A stretch of DNA of 64,000 nucleotides from Nostoc sp. DedSLP01 (GTDB taxonomy: Bacteria > Cyanobacteriota > Cyanobacteriia > Cyanobacteriales > Nostocaceae). The stretch lies in assembly GCA_034530875.2 (NCBI GenBank), contig JAVRCJ020000009.1, forward strand, positions 64,001-128,000, in the 5' to 3' direction. A model generated the notes under the pieces. The model made no database searches. It was not told the origin of the DNA and worked only from the letters and a program-made list of their open reading frames with translations. Below are positions 21,115-31,976 of this stretch, one piece after another. The position numbers were made by a program, and so were the translations under genes. The stretch's first letter is position 1, and each line of letters opens with the position of its first letter.

Positions 21115-22556
21115 ATATTCAACGTAAGTACAGTTTGCCTAATTGTACGCTGCTTTTAGAAGGATTAAGTGATGTTACAAGAGCTGCACAATTCCAAGAA
21201 CTGCGGCCGGAATTATCAATATTGGTAAATGCAGAATGCTATATATCTGGATATAAGCAGCCTTTAACGGGAGGGCGTGAGTTTTTTGAAAGTTTAGTCA
21301 GGGCGGTTAGCGGCTATGCCCAAGAATTTTTAAGTAACGTACCTAACCCGCAAGCCCACAACCACGAATCAGAACTAGTAGAGTTTCAGAAAGTTGACAG
21401 CAACCGACACAGATTAATCGTGCATTCAGAAAGCGCACCAGAGGGTTTCGAGTCTCAGCCGAGTCATGCTAAACGTCCGCCGATTGAAATAGATTTGAGT
21501 ACGGTGCAGCTATTTGATTTGGTGGAAGCAGTAGATCAGTTTTTTGCTGATAGCCAAACTTTACCAGAACTTTCTCTAGAACTGCAACCAGTTACCAGAC
21601 GCTACGGTGGTGCTAGTCAAGCCTTCATCAACCAGGCTGTTCCTGCGGCTGTAGGAGTATCGAGTTTAGCAGTAGCAGCGATCGCTTTTAACTTGATTCC
21701 ACCTCCGCAATTGCGTACACCACAACCCACGCCAGAAACTAACTCCACAACCGAAAATTCAACTCCTTCCGCATCAGCAACTCCAACTCCCACAGCGCTT
21801 GCAACGCCAATAGCTGCTGCAAGTCCAACTGCAACACCCATAACTAATACCAAGCCAGAAGTTAAAGATTTAGAAACTCTTTTAAATACAGTTTCGGAAA
21901 TTACCGATCCATCACAACTGCGTGCATTAAATCGCCAAGTCTACAATCAACTCCATCCTTCTTGGACTAATCGTTCGGGATTGCAACAAGATTTGATTTA
22001 TCGTCTAGGTGTAGCTGCGGATGGAGCAATTGTTGGTTATAAAGCGGTGAATAAAGAAGCGAATGAAGGAGTAGACAAAACTCCTCTACCAAACTTACTT
22101 TACAATCCAGCTAATCGCGGCCCCATTGCCAACGAACCGATCGCTCAATTTCGAGTAGTATTTACTACATCTGGCGTACTACAAGTTAGCCCTTGGCGTG
22201 GATATGCTAGAACGCCAGAGGTAGTAGGTGCAAAAATTACTGACTCTAATACAGTTAAAGGTTTAAATCAAAAACTTTATAATACAGTTCGTCAAGCTTG
22301 GAGTGGCAAACCTACATTTACACGAGATTTGAAATATCGGGTAGCAGTCAACAAAGATGGTGTAATTGCTGACTATGAACCGCTAAATCAAGTTGCCTTT
22401 GACTATTTTCGAGAAACACCACTTCCGCAGATGTTTAATGCCATCTACGGTTCCAATACAGCAGCTCCAGATAACAAAGAACCTCTTGCCCACTTTCAAG
22501 TGATATTCCAACCTAGTGGCAAATTGGAAATTACTCCTTGGCGGGGATATCAGTAA
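21111..22556 (+). CDS. DUF4335-family membrane protein
   Basis: RKYSLPNCTLLLEG, STVQLFDLVEAVDQF; duplicated C-terminal domain; ATGA overlap with upstream gene. Confidence 0.8.
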   Translation: MNIQRKYSLPNCTLLLEGLSDVTRAAQFQELRPELSILVNAECYISGYKQPLTGGREFFESLVRAVSGYAQEFLSNVPNPQAHNHESELVEFQKVDSNRHRLIVHSESAPEGFESQPSHAKRPPIEIDLSTVQLFDLVEAVDQFFADSQTLPELSLELQPVTRRYGGASQAFINQAVPAAVGVSSLAVAAIAFNLIPPPQLRTPQPTPETNSTTENSTPSASATPTPTALATPIAAASPTATPITNTKPEVKDLETLLNTVSEITDPSQLRALNRQVYNQLHPSWTNRSGLQQDLIYRLGVAADGAIVGYKAVNKEANEGVDKTPLPNLLYNPANRGPIANEPIAQFRVVFTTSGVLQVSPWRGYARTPEVVGAKITDSNTVKGLNQKLYNTVRQAWSGKPTFTRDLKYRVAVNKDGVIADYEPLNQVAFDYFRETPLPQMFNAIYGSNTAAPDNKEPLAHFQVIFQPSGKLEITPWRGYQ

Positions 22557-22716
22557 TTGGGCATGGGACATGGGGCATAGAGCATGGAGATGAGGGAGAT
22601 GGGGAGATGGGGGAGTGGGGGAAGAGAGGGGAATGTGGGGGAGAAAGATTTCTTCCCCATCCTCCCACTCCTCCCACACCTCCCCAATGCCCAATGCCCA
22701 ATGCCCAATGCCCAAT
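22555..22716. repeat. Inverted STRR cluster between convergent genes
   Basis: GGGCAT/GGGGAG-rich left half mirrored by CCCAATG x4 on the right. Confidence 0.8.
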
Positions 22717-24987
22717 TCACCTTGTAATCCGCCGCATATAGTTTCCCCACAGCTGAGCTGCTTGAGCGCTGCTACCAGATGTAGGGGAATTGTTGTCGTT
22801 TCCCAGCCAAACGCCAGTTACAAGTCGGCGACTGGGAATAAAACCTATAAACCATAAGTCAACGTTTTTATCAGTGGTGCCTGTTTTTCCAGCTTCCCCC
22901 AGTCCAATGGAAGCACTACGACCGGTACCTCTGCTGACTACACCACGCATTAAAGTAGTCATTTCATCGGCAACGTCATTTGACAAAACTTTTTTGTTGG
23001 CGTCTGGATCTTGGTCGAAGGAATAGATAACGCGGCAAGTTTTAAGATCGTTGCGATCGCGGCAATCCCCACTATCTAAAATACGACTAATTGCATGGGG
23101 AGGATTCCACACCCCACGATTGCCAATGGCGCCAAAAGCACCAGTCATTTCTAAAACATTAACTACACTTTGACCCAGCACCAACCCAGGAACCGGATCG
23201 AGGGAAGACTTTATGCCCAAACGCTCGGCCATAGCCACCACTTTATCCAGCCCAACTTCTCTAGCAACTCGCAAAGCGATGGGATTTTCCGAAAAAGCCA
23301 GCCCAGTGGCAATATCTAAACTAGTGTCTGCACCAGCACGACAGGGTTTGTAAGTGAAGCCTTGCCAAGTTAAAGGAGCGCAAGAATAAGTATTAGATGG
23401 TGAAATTCCCTTTTCAATAGCGGCGGTATAAGCAAAGATTTTGAAAGTGGAACCTGGTTGTCTTTTAGCTTGAGTTGCACGATTGAACTGACTTTTTTTG
23501 TAATCAGTTCCCCCTACCATTGCCATGATGCTACCAGTACTCGAATCAAGGGTCACCATTGCTCCTTGAGAAAAGTTAAAAGTTGCACCAGCGTTATTTA
23601 CTGAATTACGCAATGCGGCTTCTGCTTGTCTTTGGATGCCTATATCGAGCTTGGTTTCAATAATATAGTTTCCTTCTCTTGCTGCTCCCTCGCCTAAGAT
23701 TGATTCCAACTCGGAGAAAACATAATTGTAAAAATAAGGGGCGATGGTTTTGGCTTGCTGTTCGCAAACTTTCGGACTAACTTGAACGGTGGAGCGCCTA
23801 GCGCGGTTGGCATCTTCGGGTTTGATTTTGCCCATCTCTAGCAACCGCTTAATCACCCGATTGCGGTATTCAGCAGTTTCGAGTTTATTTGGCCCGTCGC
23901 CGCAATAATCAAAACCGTTGGGAGCTGGTAAAATTCCCACCAATGTTGCAGCTTCTGCTAAAGTCAAATCTTTAGCTGATTTTTCAAAGTAATACTTAGC
24001 TGCATCTTCAAACCCAGAGGTATCCCCGCCCAAGAAAACCCGATTTAAATACATCAGCAAAATTTCATCTTTGCTGTAAAACGTTTCTAACTTTAAGGCG
24101 ACAATTGCTTCCCGCAATTTACGCCCCAAAGTATCCTGTCTGCCTACATAATCCCGGAACAAACTGCGGGCTACTTGCTGGGTGACAGTACTGGCTCCTT
24201 GCTGCACATCTCCACTGCGGCTATTAATCAATACGGCTCGCAAGATTCCTAAAGGATCGACTCCAAAGTGCCAATAATAACGACTATCTTCGGAAGCAAC
24301 TACAGCAGCAGGTAAATAAGGGCCAAAATCCTCTAATCGCTTCATGTCTACGTGAGAGGTAGTCCGAGGCTCTCTAAGAGGAGTAGCTCCATCGCGGGCA
24401 TAAACAACAACTGGGGCGCGCGTTGCTGTCGGTAAGGGTCTAACTCTAAATTTCAGCCATTCGACGCCGATTACTAATGCTAATAGGGCGCTGACACCAC
24501 CGATGCCATAACCCGTCCAAGTCGCAGCTTTGATATACCAAGGTGGCGGATCGACGTATTGCAATCGTACAGAAGCGGCGAGTTCTGGCGGTCCCAAAGT
24601 GAGAATATCGCCGTGACGTAGTTCCAAAGAATTGACGCGACGCTTGCCGCGATAGATACCATTGGTGGAGTTTTCATCTTTGATAATGAAAACAGGCGTG
24701 CGCTGAGTAGAATTGCGCGATAGCGACAGGTGAATTTGGCTGACTACAGGGTTACGGATGACGATATCGCAGGATTTGGAGCTACGACCGAGAATATAGC
24801 GATCGCCCAACAGTGGATACACCTCTGCTTTATCCGCCCCCGCATCCTGCACCCAGAGTTCCGGTACTTTAGCATTAGGCTTGAGCGCCAATTTAGAAAA
24901 ATCAACCCTAGCTTGAATTGTATGTACTGCTTGAGTCAGCTGACCTAGTAACGTTTGTTGCTTGTGAGGGGGTTGGGGAGAACTCAT
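22717..24987 (-). CDS. Class A penicillin-binding protein with N-terminal FHA domain
   Basis: FHA (LGR, S..H, STNG), TM helix, transglycosylase (EDSRYYWHFG, GASTVTQQ), transpeptidase (STFK, SEN, KTG). Confidence 0.93.
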   Translation of the reverse strand: MSSPQPPHKQQTLLGQLTQAVHTIQARVDFSKLALKPNAKVPELWVQDAGADKAEVYPLLGDRYILGRSSKSCDIVIRNPVVSQIHLSLSRNSTQRTPVFIIKDENSTNGIYRGKRRVNSLELRHGDILTLGPPELAASVRLQYVDPPPWYIKAATWTGYGIGGVSALLALVIGVEWLKFRVRPLPTATRAPVVVYARDGATPLREPRTTSHVDMKRLEDFGPYLPAAVVASEDSRYYWHFGVDPLGILRAVLINSRSGDVQQGASTVTQQVARSLFRDYVGRQDTLGRKLREAIVALKLETFYSKDEILLMYLNRVFLGGDTSGFEDAAKYYFEKSAKDLTLAEAATLVGILPAPNGFDYCGDGPNKLETAEYRNRVIKRLLEMGKIKPEDANRARRSTVQVSPKVCEQQAKTIAPYFYNYVFSELESILGEGAAREGNYIIETKLDIGIQRQAEAALRNSVNNAGATFNFSQGAMVTLDSSTGSIMAMVGGTDYKKSQFNRATQAKRQPGSTFKIFAYTAAIEKGISPSNTYSCAPLTWQGFTYKPCRAGADTSLDIATGLAFSENPIALRVAREVGLDKVVAMAERLGIKSSLDPVPGLVLGQSVVNVLEMTGAFGAIGNRGVWNPPHAISRILDSGDCRDRNDLKTCRVIYSFDQDPDANKKVLSNDVADEMTTLMRGVVSRGTGRSASIGLGEAGKTGTTDKNVDLWFIGFIPSRRLVTGVWLGNDNNSPTSGSSAQAAQLWGNYMRRITR

Positions 24988-25427
24988 TGGCTATTCACAT
25001 CACACTTTTTAGTGAAGAATCGGGCGAACTACAACTTAGATGCTAATCTTCCATCATTTTACTCATAAGCCAAAGAATAAATTGGCTATATGGTTTATGG
25101 GAATTATTTTTTACCTTTGTATAAGTAAAAATTTTTCAACAAAGTATTATTTTTTTTACTCTCTTGCAAATTATTTTTAGTTAATCATTTGAAAACGCTT
25201 GATTTGTCTAGTTTTTTTAATTAAAGTTTTATCAGTAATAGCTATATTAACGTATTTTTAAATACAGACTACTACTAAATAACAAGTTTAATTTATACCA
25301 ATTTTACATATCCACATATTTTGAAATAAATTTTGAAACAAAGCTAAAAATCTTCATTTAGGAAGATTTTCTAAATCTTATTGTCTGCTTTAATGGGGCG
25401 AGTGTTCCGTTGAGGTTAAATTTTAGA

Positions 25428-26162
25428 ATGATGGGAAAATCTCTGACCCTAATTGGTACAGCTCTATGTTTGGCATTCACCACTAGTATTGCTGTAGCTC
25501 AATCCAGTAAATCCCCCATAGCTCAATCCAGTAGCGACTCCTCCACTAGTTCACCAACGGAAATCAAGATGTCGCCAGAAGGTATGAAAATTCTGTGCCA
25601 GAATTTCCCGCTGAATTCTCGCTGCGAAGGTGGTACACCACTGACACCTACTAGTACTCCTAGCAGCACTACAGTTCCAGCAGAAACCACACCATCCCAA
25701 ACCACAACTCCAGATAGCACAACCGCACCAGGAAGTGTCACTCCACCTGCATCTGGAACTTCTGACGATACCACCACCACTCCAGCTCCAGGAAGCGTTA
25801 CTCCCAGTGATTCTGGCGCTCCTAGCAATATAACTCCAGCCCCAGGAGCTCCTACTCCCGGTGATTCTAGCGCTCCTAGCAATATAACTCCAACACCAGG
25901 AACTGGTACTCCAAGTGATTCTGGCGTTCCTAGCAATGTAACTCCAACACCAGGAACTGGTACTCCTAGCGATGTAGCTCCAACACCAGGAAGCGGTACT
26001 CCAAGTGATTCTGGTACTCCTCGCAATGTAACTCCAGCAGCACCAGGAAACGATTCTTCAACTGATTCTGGTAGTCAAAATAGCACTACCGAACCAGCTC
26101 CTAGTTCTCCAAGTTCAGCTCCAGACTCTAGTTCCCCAAAAACTCCTACCACAGGTAATTAA
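25428..26162 (+). CDS. Secreted Pro/Ser/Thr-rich repeat protein
   Basis: Signal peptide, CQNFPLNSRC motif, ~18-aa tandem repeats. Confidence 0.8.
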   Translation: MMGKSLTLIGTALCLAFTTSIAVAQSSKSPIAQSSSDSSTSSPTEIKMSPEGMKILCQNFPLNSRCEGGTPLTPTSTPSSTTVPAETTPSQTTTPDSTTAPGSVTPPASGTSDDTTTTPAPGSVTPSDSGAPSNITPAPGAPTPGDSSAPSNITPTPGTGTPSDSGVPSNVTPTPGTGTPSDVAPTPGSGTPSDSGTPRNVTPAAPGNDSSTDSGSQNSTTEPAPSSPSSAPDSSSPKTPTTGN

Positions 26163-26226
26163 ATTAACAGCTTTAGCATAATCTCAATACCAATTTGCTA
26201 TTAGCGTTCGCTGTGGAACTTGACAT

Positions 26227-26255
26227 CTAACACCAGTTACCATAACTGGTGTTAG
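26227..26255. terminator. Hairpin between convergent genes
   Basis: CTAACACCAGTTA-CCA-TAACTGGTGTTAG. Confidence 0.7.
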
Positions 26256-26362
26256 CAAAAAATCTAAATGACTCAAACCCATAGATAGGGTCGTCGCGTA
26301 TATGACCGAAAAAGGGCTTGAGCAACTAAGGGCCTGGGATGATTCATCCCAGGCTAAATATT

Positions 26363-26839
26363 TTAATTAGACCTGCCAGTGGAAGTTGGGGTTTTTTGGA
26401 ACGAGGCAATTAACAAGCAAACAATACCGATACTAATAAATGAATCTGCAACATTAAATACAGCAAAGTTAATCAAGCGGAAATCTAGAAAATCAACTAC
26501 ATATCCTAAAGCAAAGCGATCGATACCATTGCCCATCGCTCCACCTAAAATCAAGCCATAGCCTAGCTGATCCCATAAATTTAACGTTGGGCCAAACAAT
26601 GCCAGTGCTATCAATACTAAACTCACTCCTAAAGATAACCAGCGCAACCATTCTACTTTGCCACTTAATAGGCTAAAAGCCGCACCAGTGTTAGTAACAT
26701 AAGTCAAGTGAAAGATTCCAGGTAAGAGTGGTACTGTTTGCTCCAAACTGAAGGTTTGCACCACCCAATATTTTGTTATTTGGTCTAGGAAAAAAGCTAC
26801 GAAGGCAGCAATCCAGAAAAAGCGATTTTTTAAACGCAT
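26363..26839 (-). CDS. lspA: Lipoprotein signal peptidase
   Basis: NTGAAFS, GNGIDR, VVDF, FNVAD. Confidence 0.97.
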   Translation of the reverse strand: MRLKNRFFWIAAFVAFFLDQITKYWVVQTFSLEQTVPLLPGIFHLTYVTNTGAAFSLLSGKVEWLRWLSLGVSLVLIALALFGPTLNLWDQLGYGLILGGAMGNGIDRFALGYVVDFLDFRLINFAVFNVADSFISIGIVCLLIASFQKTPTSTGRSN

Positions 26840-27058
26840 GGTAAATTAGTCATTAGTCATTGGTCATTAGTCATTAGTCATTGGTCATTAGTAATTGGTC
26901 ATTTGCAATCAGAAGCTACTTGCTACGCTTTGGAAATGCTCGCTGTAGTATGCCTGAAGGGCTATAGAGCGAACAAGTCGCCAGACACATCCAACGCTAG
27001 TAACTCAAGTTTGTAAGACAGGACAAATGACCAATGACTAATGAATAACAACTAATGA

Positions 27059-27646
27059 CTAATAAAACATTAAGTGACGCAATATATATGCTATTACAGT
27101 GACGGCACAGACTACAGTTAGTTGTCCTGGCAGTGCAAACCAAGAATATCTCAGAATTGCTTGCATTAAAGGTAGATTTTCTGTGCCTTTCCATTGAAGA
27201 AGATAGCTAATAATCAAATAAGTAATACCGCATAAGTGGAGAGTTAACAAGCCACAAATGCAACTAAAGGCCAGGGTCTCTAGTCTAGGCCTAGCTTTAA
27301 AGGCAAATAAACCACAAATCCAAGCTGCTGGTATGAAGCCTAACAAATAGCCAAATTGAGATAACTTGACATAACCTATACCACCGCCATCGGCAAACAC
27401 TGGGAGTAAAGTTAAACCCATGACCAAGTAAGCAATTTGAGAGAGCGCACCAGCATTTTTGCCTCCCAAACAACCTACTAGGAGTACTGCGCCAATTTGA
27501 AAAGTTACACCTAAAGAAAAAGTCTGAATTCCATGCTGACTCCAGCTCCAAGGTGAAGTAATGCCATAAGCTTCTAGGAAGGTGCCACCCATTGTCAGGA
27601 GTAACCCAATCATAGACCATAGTAGTTGGTTGGAAGCAGCAAACAT
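27059..27646 (-). CDS. bioY: Biotin transporter BioY family
   Basis: Hydrophobic; AYLVMGL..LPVFA.GGG..Y...FGYLLGF. Confidence 0.9.
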   Translation of the reverse strand: MFAASNQLLWSMIGLLLTMGGTFLEAYGITSPWSWSQHGIQTFSLGVTFQIGAVLLVGCLGGKNAGALSQIAYLVMGLTLLPVFADGGGIGYVKLSQFGYLLGFIPAAWICGLFAFKARPRLETLAFSCICGLLTLHLCGITYLIISYLLQWKGTENLPLMQAILRYSWFALPGQLTVVCAVTVIAYILRHLMFY

Positions 27647-28453
27647 TTATTAGGCAACCAGGGAAAGGCAAAAGGGAAAAGCAATAGCAACCAGTATAAA
27701 CATTAATATTGAAATGAAATCTGTGCTGACATCTTAAACAAGTAGCATATTTTCTTTTCACTTTTTGGTATGTAAGTAGCTCGTTGTGAAAACTTATCGT
27801 CAGGATAAGGCAAGAGTTAGGAGGCAAAAGGCAGTATGAAAGAGCGTTTGAGCTAGGTTAACCTTTCTTAACATAGTTTGATTTTTTGACACTGACTTAT
27901 TTAATTTTTCAGTTCTGCAAATTGCAGCTTAAGCATCTATTATTTAATTAGCTTGACTAAGGTGCGATCCGATCGTGACTAGCGTTTGCTCTTAAGCATG
28001 GTAAAATTACTATCAATCTTTTTAGTGTTTATACTGCTTTTTCACTTATTGTTTATAGTTGTTGATTTTGGCAATAGGTTTTTTAGCGATCGCCTGCTCT
28101 ATTCTTCATACATAGCCAATCTTTTTTTCTCGAACTCTGCTTTCCTTAAAAAAATTTTCCAATCTCAATACTTTCTTCAAGCTTCTTCAGGTCTGCTAAA
28201 GCTCGAAAGCAAATAGAGTCCTACATAAGAAGTTAAGTCTACAACTCTACCACACTGTATTACTTAATTTAAATATCTTTTCCTAACTTCACCAGGAAAA
28301 ATAGACAATCAATTGAGTTTTGCAAGGCATGTAACGAAGACACAAACTGAGTTTTTGTGAAGACAATAGTCAAAAATAAGTATAAAATTTATCCAATGTA
28401 ACTTATAAAAAGGATTTGCTCTTTGTTTAAAAAAACATAAGATTTTTCAGTTT

Positions 28454-28484
28454 GTTAACCTATTGTTTACCTAGACCTCGACCT
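28454..28484 (+). promoter_or_regulatory. Pho box (SphR/PhoB site)
   Basis: GTTAACCT-att-GTTTACCT at 11-bp spacing plus a weaker CTCGACCT, upstream of pstS. Confidence 0.7.
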
Positions 28485-28537
28485 TTTAGGGGTATCTTAT
28501 AAACGCTAACCTGGAAAGTTACCAAAAATCGATAACG

Positions 28538-29719
28538 ATGCTCTCACGTATTAGTGTAAAAAAAAGTCAAAAAATTACAGGTTTGATTTCAGTATTAGCA
28601 CTGGCTCTCAGCCTAGCTGCCTGTGGCGGTCAGCAAACCTCAGAGAATACAACTACCAAAGATAGTCCTTCTGGTACTGCTAAAGATGCCACCGCTTCTA
28701 GCCCAGCTAAACTAGACCTTGGTGGAAACGTAAAGTTAACAGGGGCTGGTGCGTCTTTTCCAGCACCACTATATGACGCCTGGTTTACAGATTTGAACAA
28801 AAAATATTCCAATCTGCAAGTTGACTATGCATCAGTTGGTAGCGGTGCTGGAGTTGAGCAATTTATCAAAGGCACAGTAGACTTTGGTGCTAGCGACGTT
28901 GCGATGAAGGATGAAGAAATCCAGAAGGTGCCACAGGATAAGGGTGTTGTTTTACTGCCCATGACTGCTGGCAGCATAGTCTTAGCCTATAACTTGCCAG
29001 ATGTTGCTGAATTAAAGCTACCACGGGCTGTTTACGCTGATATTTTATTAGGCAAAATCAAATCTTGGGACGATCCGCAAATTGTCAAGGCTAACCCAGA
29101 TGCCAAGCTTCCTAAACAGCCAATCACTGTTGTTTATCGTTCTGATGGTAGCGGCACTACTGGTGTATTTACAAAACATCTCAGTGCTATTAGCCCAGAA
29201 TGGAAGAGCAAAGTAGGCGAAGGTAAAACTGTTAACTGGCCTACCGGAGTTGGTGCAAAGGGAAATGAGGGTATTACTGCCCAAGTTCAACAAACTCAAG
29301 GTTCTATTGGTTATGTCGAGTACGGCTATGCCAAACAAAATGGTCTCAAGTTTGCTGCTTTGGAAAACAAAAGCGGTAAATTTGTTGCACCTAGTGACGA
29401 GTCAGCTGCCAAAACCCTAGAATCAGTAACTCTACCACCAGACCTCCGCGCCTTTATTTCTGACCCACAAGGAGCTGATTCCTATCCCATCGTCACCTAC
29501 ACCTGGCTATTGGTTTACAAGAAATATGCTGATGCAGCCAAAGCTAAAGCTGTGGAAGCTACCGTCGAATATGCTTTAACTGATGGGCAAAAGCAAGCTA
29601 CTGCACTAGGCTATGTTCCTCTACCTCAAAGCGTAATCGCAAAGGTTGCTGCTGCTGCCGACCAAATCAGCCCAGAATATAAAATTGCAGTTGGCAATGG
29701 TACTAGTGCTAGCAAGTAG
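28538..29719 (+). CDS. pstS: Phosphate ABC transporter substrate-binding lipoprotein
   Basis: Lipobox LAAC, GAGASFP, GSGAG, RSDGSGTT. Confidence 0.97.
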   Translation: MLSRISVKKSQKITGLISVLALALSLAACGGQQTSENTTTKDSPSGTAKDATASSPAKLDLGGNVKLTGAGASFPAPLYDAWFTDLNKKYSNLQVDYASVGSGAGVEQFIKGTVDFGASDVAMKDEEIQKVPQDKGVVLLPMTAGSIVLAYNLPDVAELKLPRAVYADILLGKIKSWDDPQIVKANPDAKLPKQPITVVYRSDGSGTTGVFTKHLSAISPEWKSKVGEGKTVNWPTGVGAKGNEGITAQVQQTQGSIGYVEYGYAKQNGLKFAALENKSGKFVAPSDESAAKTLESVTLPPDLRAFISDPQGADSYPIVTYTWLLVYKKYADAAKAKAVEATVEYALTDGQKQATALGYVPLPQSVIAKVAAAADQISPEYKIAVGNGTSASK

Positions 29720-29786
29720 CTACACACATATCATCCCAATCTGCATAGCTTAACTGTAACTTTCACTTTAGGAAAGTAGGCAGTGC

Positions 29787-29814
29787 GTAGAGACGCGGTT
29801 AATCGCGTCTGTAC
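29787..29814. repeat. GTAG REP-like palindrome
   Basis: GTAGAGACGCGGTTAATCGCGTCTGTAC; degenerate copy at ~52824-52850. Confidence 0.7.
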
Positions 29815-30067
29815 GAAGCAGAAATTTTTCAATTACGAAAATAAAGCTTAATCAGCTAAGCATGAGACATGCCCGATTGAAAATTATCCCTAATCAATAA
29901 TTCAATAGTATTGATAGAATGCTAGCTAGACTTTTGGCTTTACAGCATTCTTAAGTCTGAACTTGAAGTTAACAATGTTTTAGTTTTAAGAAATTATGAG
30001 GCGACAATTTTCCCAACTTAGTTGCCTCCCAGATTTTTCTTTGATTTAATTGTAATATTGGGTATTC

Positions 30068-31018
30068 ATGGCTACAAATTCTCCCAGTCTGTCATCAGCG
30101 GTGAAAAATCGCTCTGATGTAGAAAAGTCTCTAGATCGGAGTTTTATTTGGATAACTCGTATTTTTGCATTTGGGGTTGCTGCCACTTTATTATGGATTG
30201 GCTTACAGGTTGCTATTAGTGCTTGGCCTGCTATTCAAAAATTCGGTGCTACCTTTTTGGCTACCACCACTTGGAACCCAGTTAATGATAGCTACGGAGT
30301 ACTACCTCAAATTTATGGAACTCTTTTGAGTTCTTTTATTGGTCTATTAATAGCTGTACCTATTGGGGTTGGCACAGCTATTGTATTGAGCGAGGATTTT
30401 CTACCTGGAAAAGTTAAGTTAGTACTGGTTTTCGCTGTAGAACTACTCGCAGCCATTCCTAGTGTTGTCTATGGCGTGTGGGGTATTTTTGTTTTGGTAC
30501 CCATTTTAACCAACTTGGGAAAATGGCTGAATAGCTATTTTGGCTGGTTGCCATTATTTAGTACGTCTCCCACAGGGCCGGGAATGTTACCGGCAGGAGT
30601 CATATTAGCAATTATGACTTTGCCAATTATCACAGCTTTATCGCGCGATGCCTTAATTTCTATACCCCCCAGTTTGCGCCAAGCTGCTGTAGGACTAGGA
30701 GCAACGCGTTGGGAAACAATTTTGCAAGTTCTCATCCCAGCAGCTTTCTCAGGCATAGTTAGTGCTGTCATGTTAGCACTAGGTCGGGCAATGGGAGAAA
30801 CAATGGCCGTAACAATGTTGATTGGGAACTCTAATAACATTAGTGCCTCTCTGTTAGCACCAGCGAATACTATTTCTTCTTTGCTAGCAAATCAATTTTC
30901 TGAAGCTAGTGGCTTGCAAGTTGCTGCATTGATGTATGCTGCTTTAGTTTTATTCTTTTTAACTTTGGCTGTCAATATCCTGGCAGAGTTAATTCTTGTG
31001 AGAGTCAAACGACTTTAG
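30068..31018 (+). CDS. pstC: Phosphate ABC transporter permease
   Basis: ELLAAIPSVVYG, LGRAMGETMAV. Confidence 0.96.
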   Translation: MATNSPSLSSAVKNRSDVEKSLDRSFIWITRIFAFGVAATLLWIGLQVAISAWPAIQKFGATFLATTTWNPVNDSYGVLPQIYGTLLSSFIGLLIAVPIGVGTAIVLSEDFLPGKVKLVLVFAVELLAAIPSVVYGVWGIFVLVPILTNLGKWLNSYFGWLPLFSTSPTGPGMLPAGVILAIMTLPIITALSRDALISIPPSLRQAAVGLGATRWETILQVLIPAAFSGIVSAVMLALGRAMGETMAVTMLIGNSNNISASLLAPANTISSLLANQFSEASGLQVAALMYAALVLFFLTLAVNILAELILVRVKRL

Positions 31019-31037
31019 GGTGGTTTTGGGTTGAATT

Positions 31038-31919
31038 ATGACTTATAGTTTTCCAGAGCGCAGTTTAACTCGCTCTCCCATGTCTCAAAGAACTCTGTTT
31101 AATACTGTAATGACTGTAATCGCATTTGTTTGCGGAGCATTGGCACTTGTGCCTCTGTTAGCAGTGCTTTCTTACGTCATTATTCAAGGTTTTAGCAGTT
31201 TGAATCCTAGCATTTTTGTGGAACTGCCACCCAAAGCTTTACAAAAAGGAGGGGGCTTTGGAAATGCAATTTTGGGCACACTATTAATGGTGGGAATTGC
31301 TGCCGTTATTAGTATCCCATTTGGCGTTTTAGCGGCGATTTACATTACAGAATTTAGTTCTGCTCATGTAGCGAGATGGGTACGTTTTGCTGCTAACGTC
31401 CTCAGTGGAGTTCCCTCAATTATTGCTGGGGTATTTGCCTATGGAATCGTAGTTTTAACACTAGTAAAGCTGAACTTAGGCTCATATTCAGCTCTTGGTG
31501 GAGGAGTAGCTCTGGCGATTTTAATGTTGCCAATTATTGTACGAACCACTGATGAAGCTTTACAGTTAGTATCGCAAGATTTGCGACAAGCATCTGTAGG
31601 GTTAGGAGCAACTAACTTTCAAACAGTAACACAAGTAGTTTTACCAGCAGCTTTACCAGCAATTGTAACTGGAGCGACGCTAGCGATCGCCAGAGCAGCT
31701 GGAGAAACCGCACCCTTGCTGTTTACTGCTTTGTTTTCCAACTTTTGGCCTGATAGCTTATTCCAACCGACAGCTTCCCTAGCTGTTTTAGTTTACAAGT
31801 ATGCCATTTCTCCGTTTAAAAATTGGCAATCACTAGCTTGGGCAGCATCATTGATTTTAGTATTGATGGTTTTGATTACAAGTATCATTGCTCGCTGGGC
31901 AACTCGCAAAAAAGCTTAG
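31038..31919 (+). CDS. pstA: Phosphate ABC transporter permease
   Basis: GVPSII, IARAAGETAP. Confidence 0.96.
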   Translation: MTYSFPERSLTRSPMSQRTLFNTVMTVIAFVCGALALVPLLAVLSYVIIQGFSSLNPSIFVELPPKALQKGGGFGNAILGTLLMVGIAAVISIPFGVLAAIYITEFSSAHVARWVRFAANVLSGVPSIIAGVFAYGIVVLTLVKLNLGSYSALGGGVALAILMLPIIVRTTDEALQLVSQDLRQASVGLGATNFQTVTQVVLPAALPAIVTGATLAIARAAGETAPLLFTALFSNFWPDSLFQPTASLAVLVYKYAISPFKNWQSLAWAASLILVLMVLITSIIARWATRKKA

Positions 31920-31976
31920 TGCATATTATCTACACAGCAGAATTATCATCGGTAAAACAAATACCACACTGAATTT

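Noticed and set aside
22383..22857. Several short ORFs (MGIGHWALG..., MPNAQCP...)
   Set aside because: Translations of STRR heptamer repeats
25523..26026. 167-aa antisense ORF
   Set aside because: Shadow of the Pro/Thr/Ser repeat gene
27986..28216. 76-aa ORF, or decayed gene on the opposite strand, upstream of pstS
   Set aside because: No recognisable motif, TTG start, AT-rich; cannot be supported
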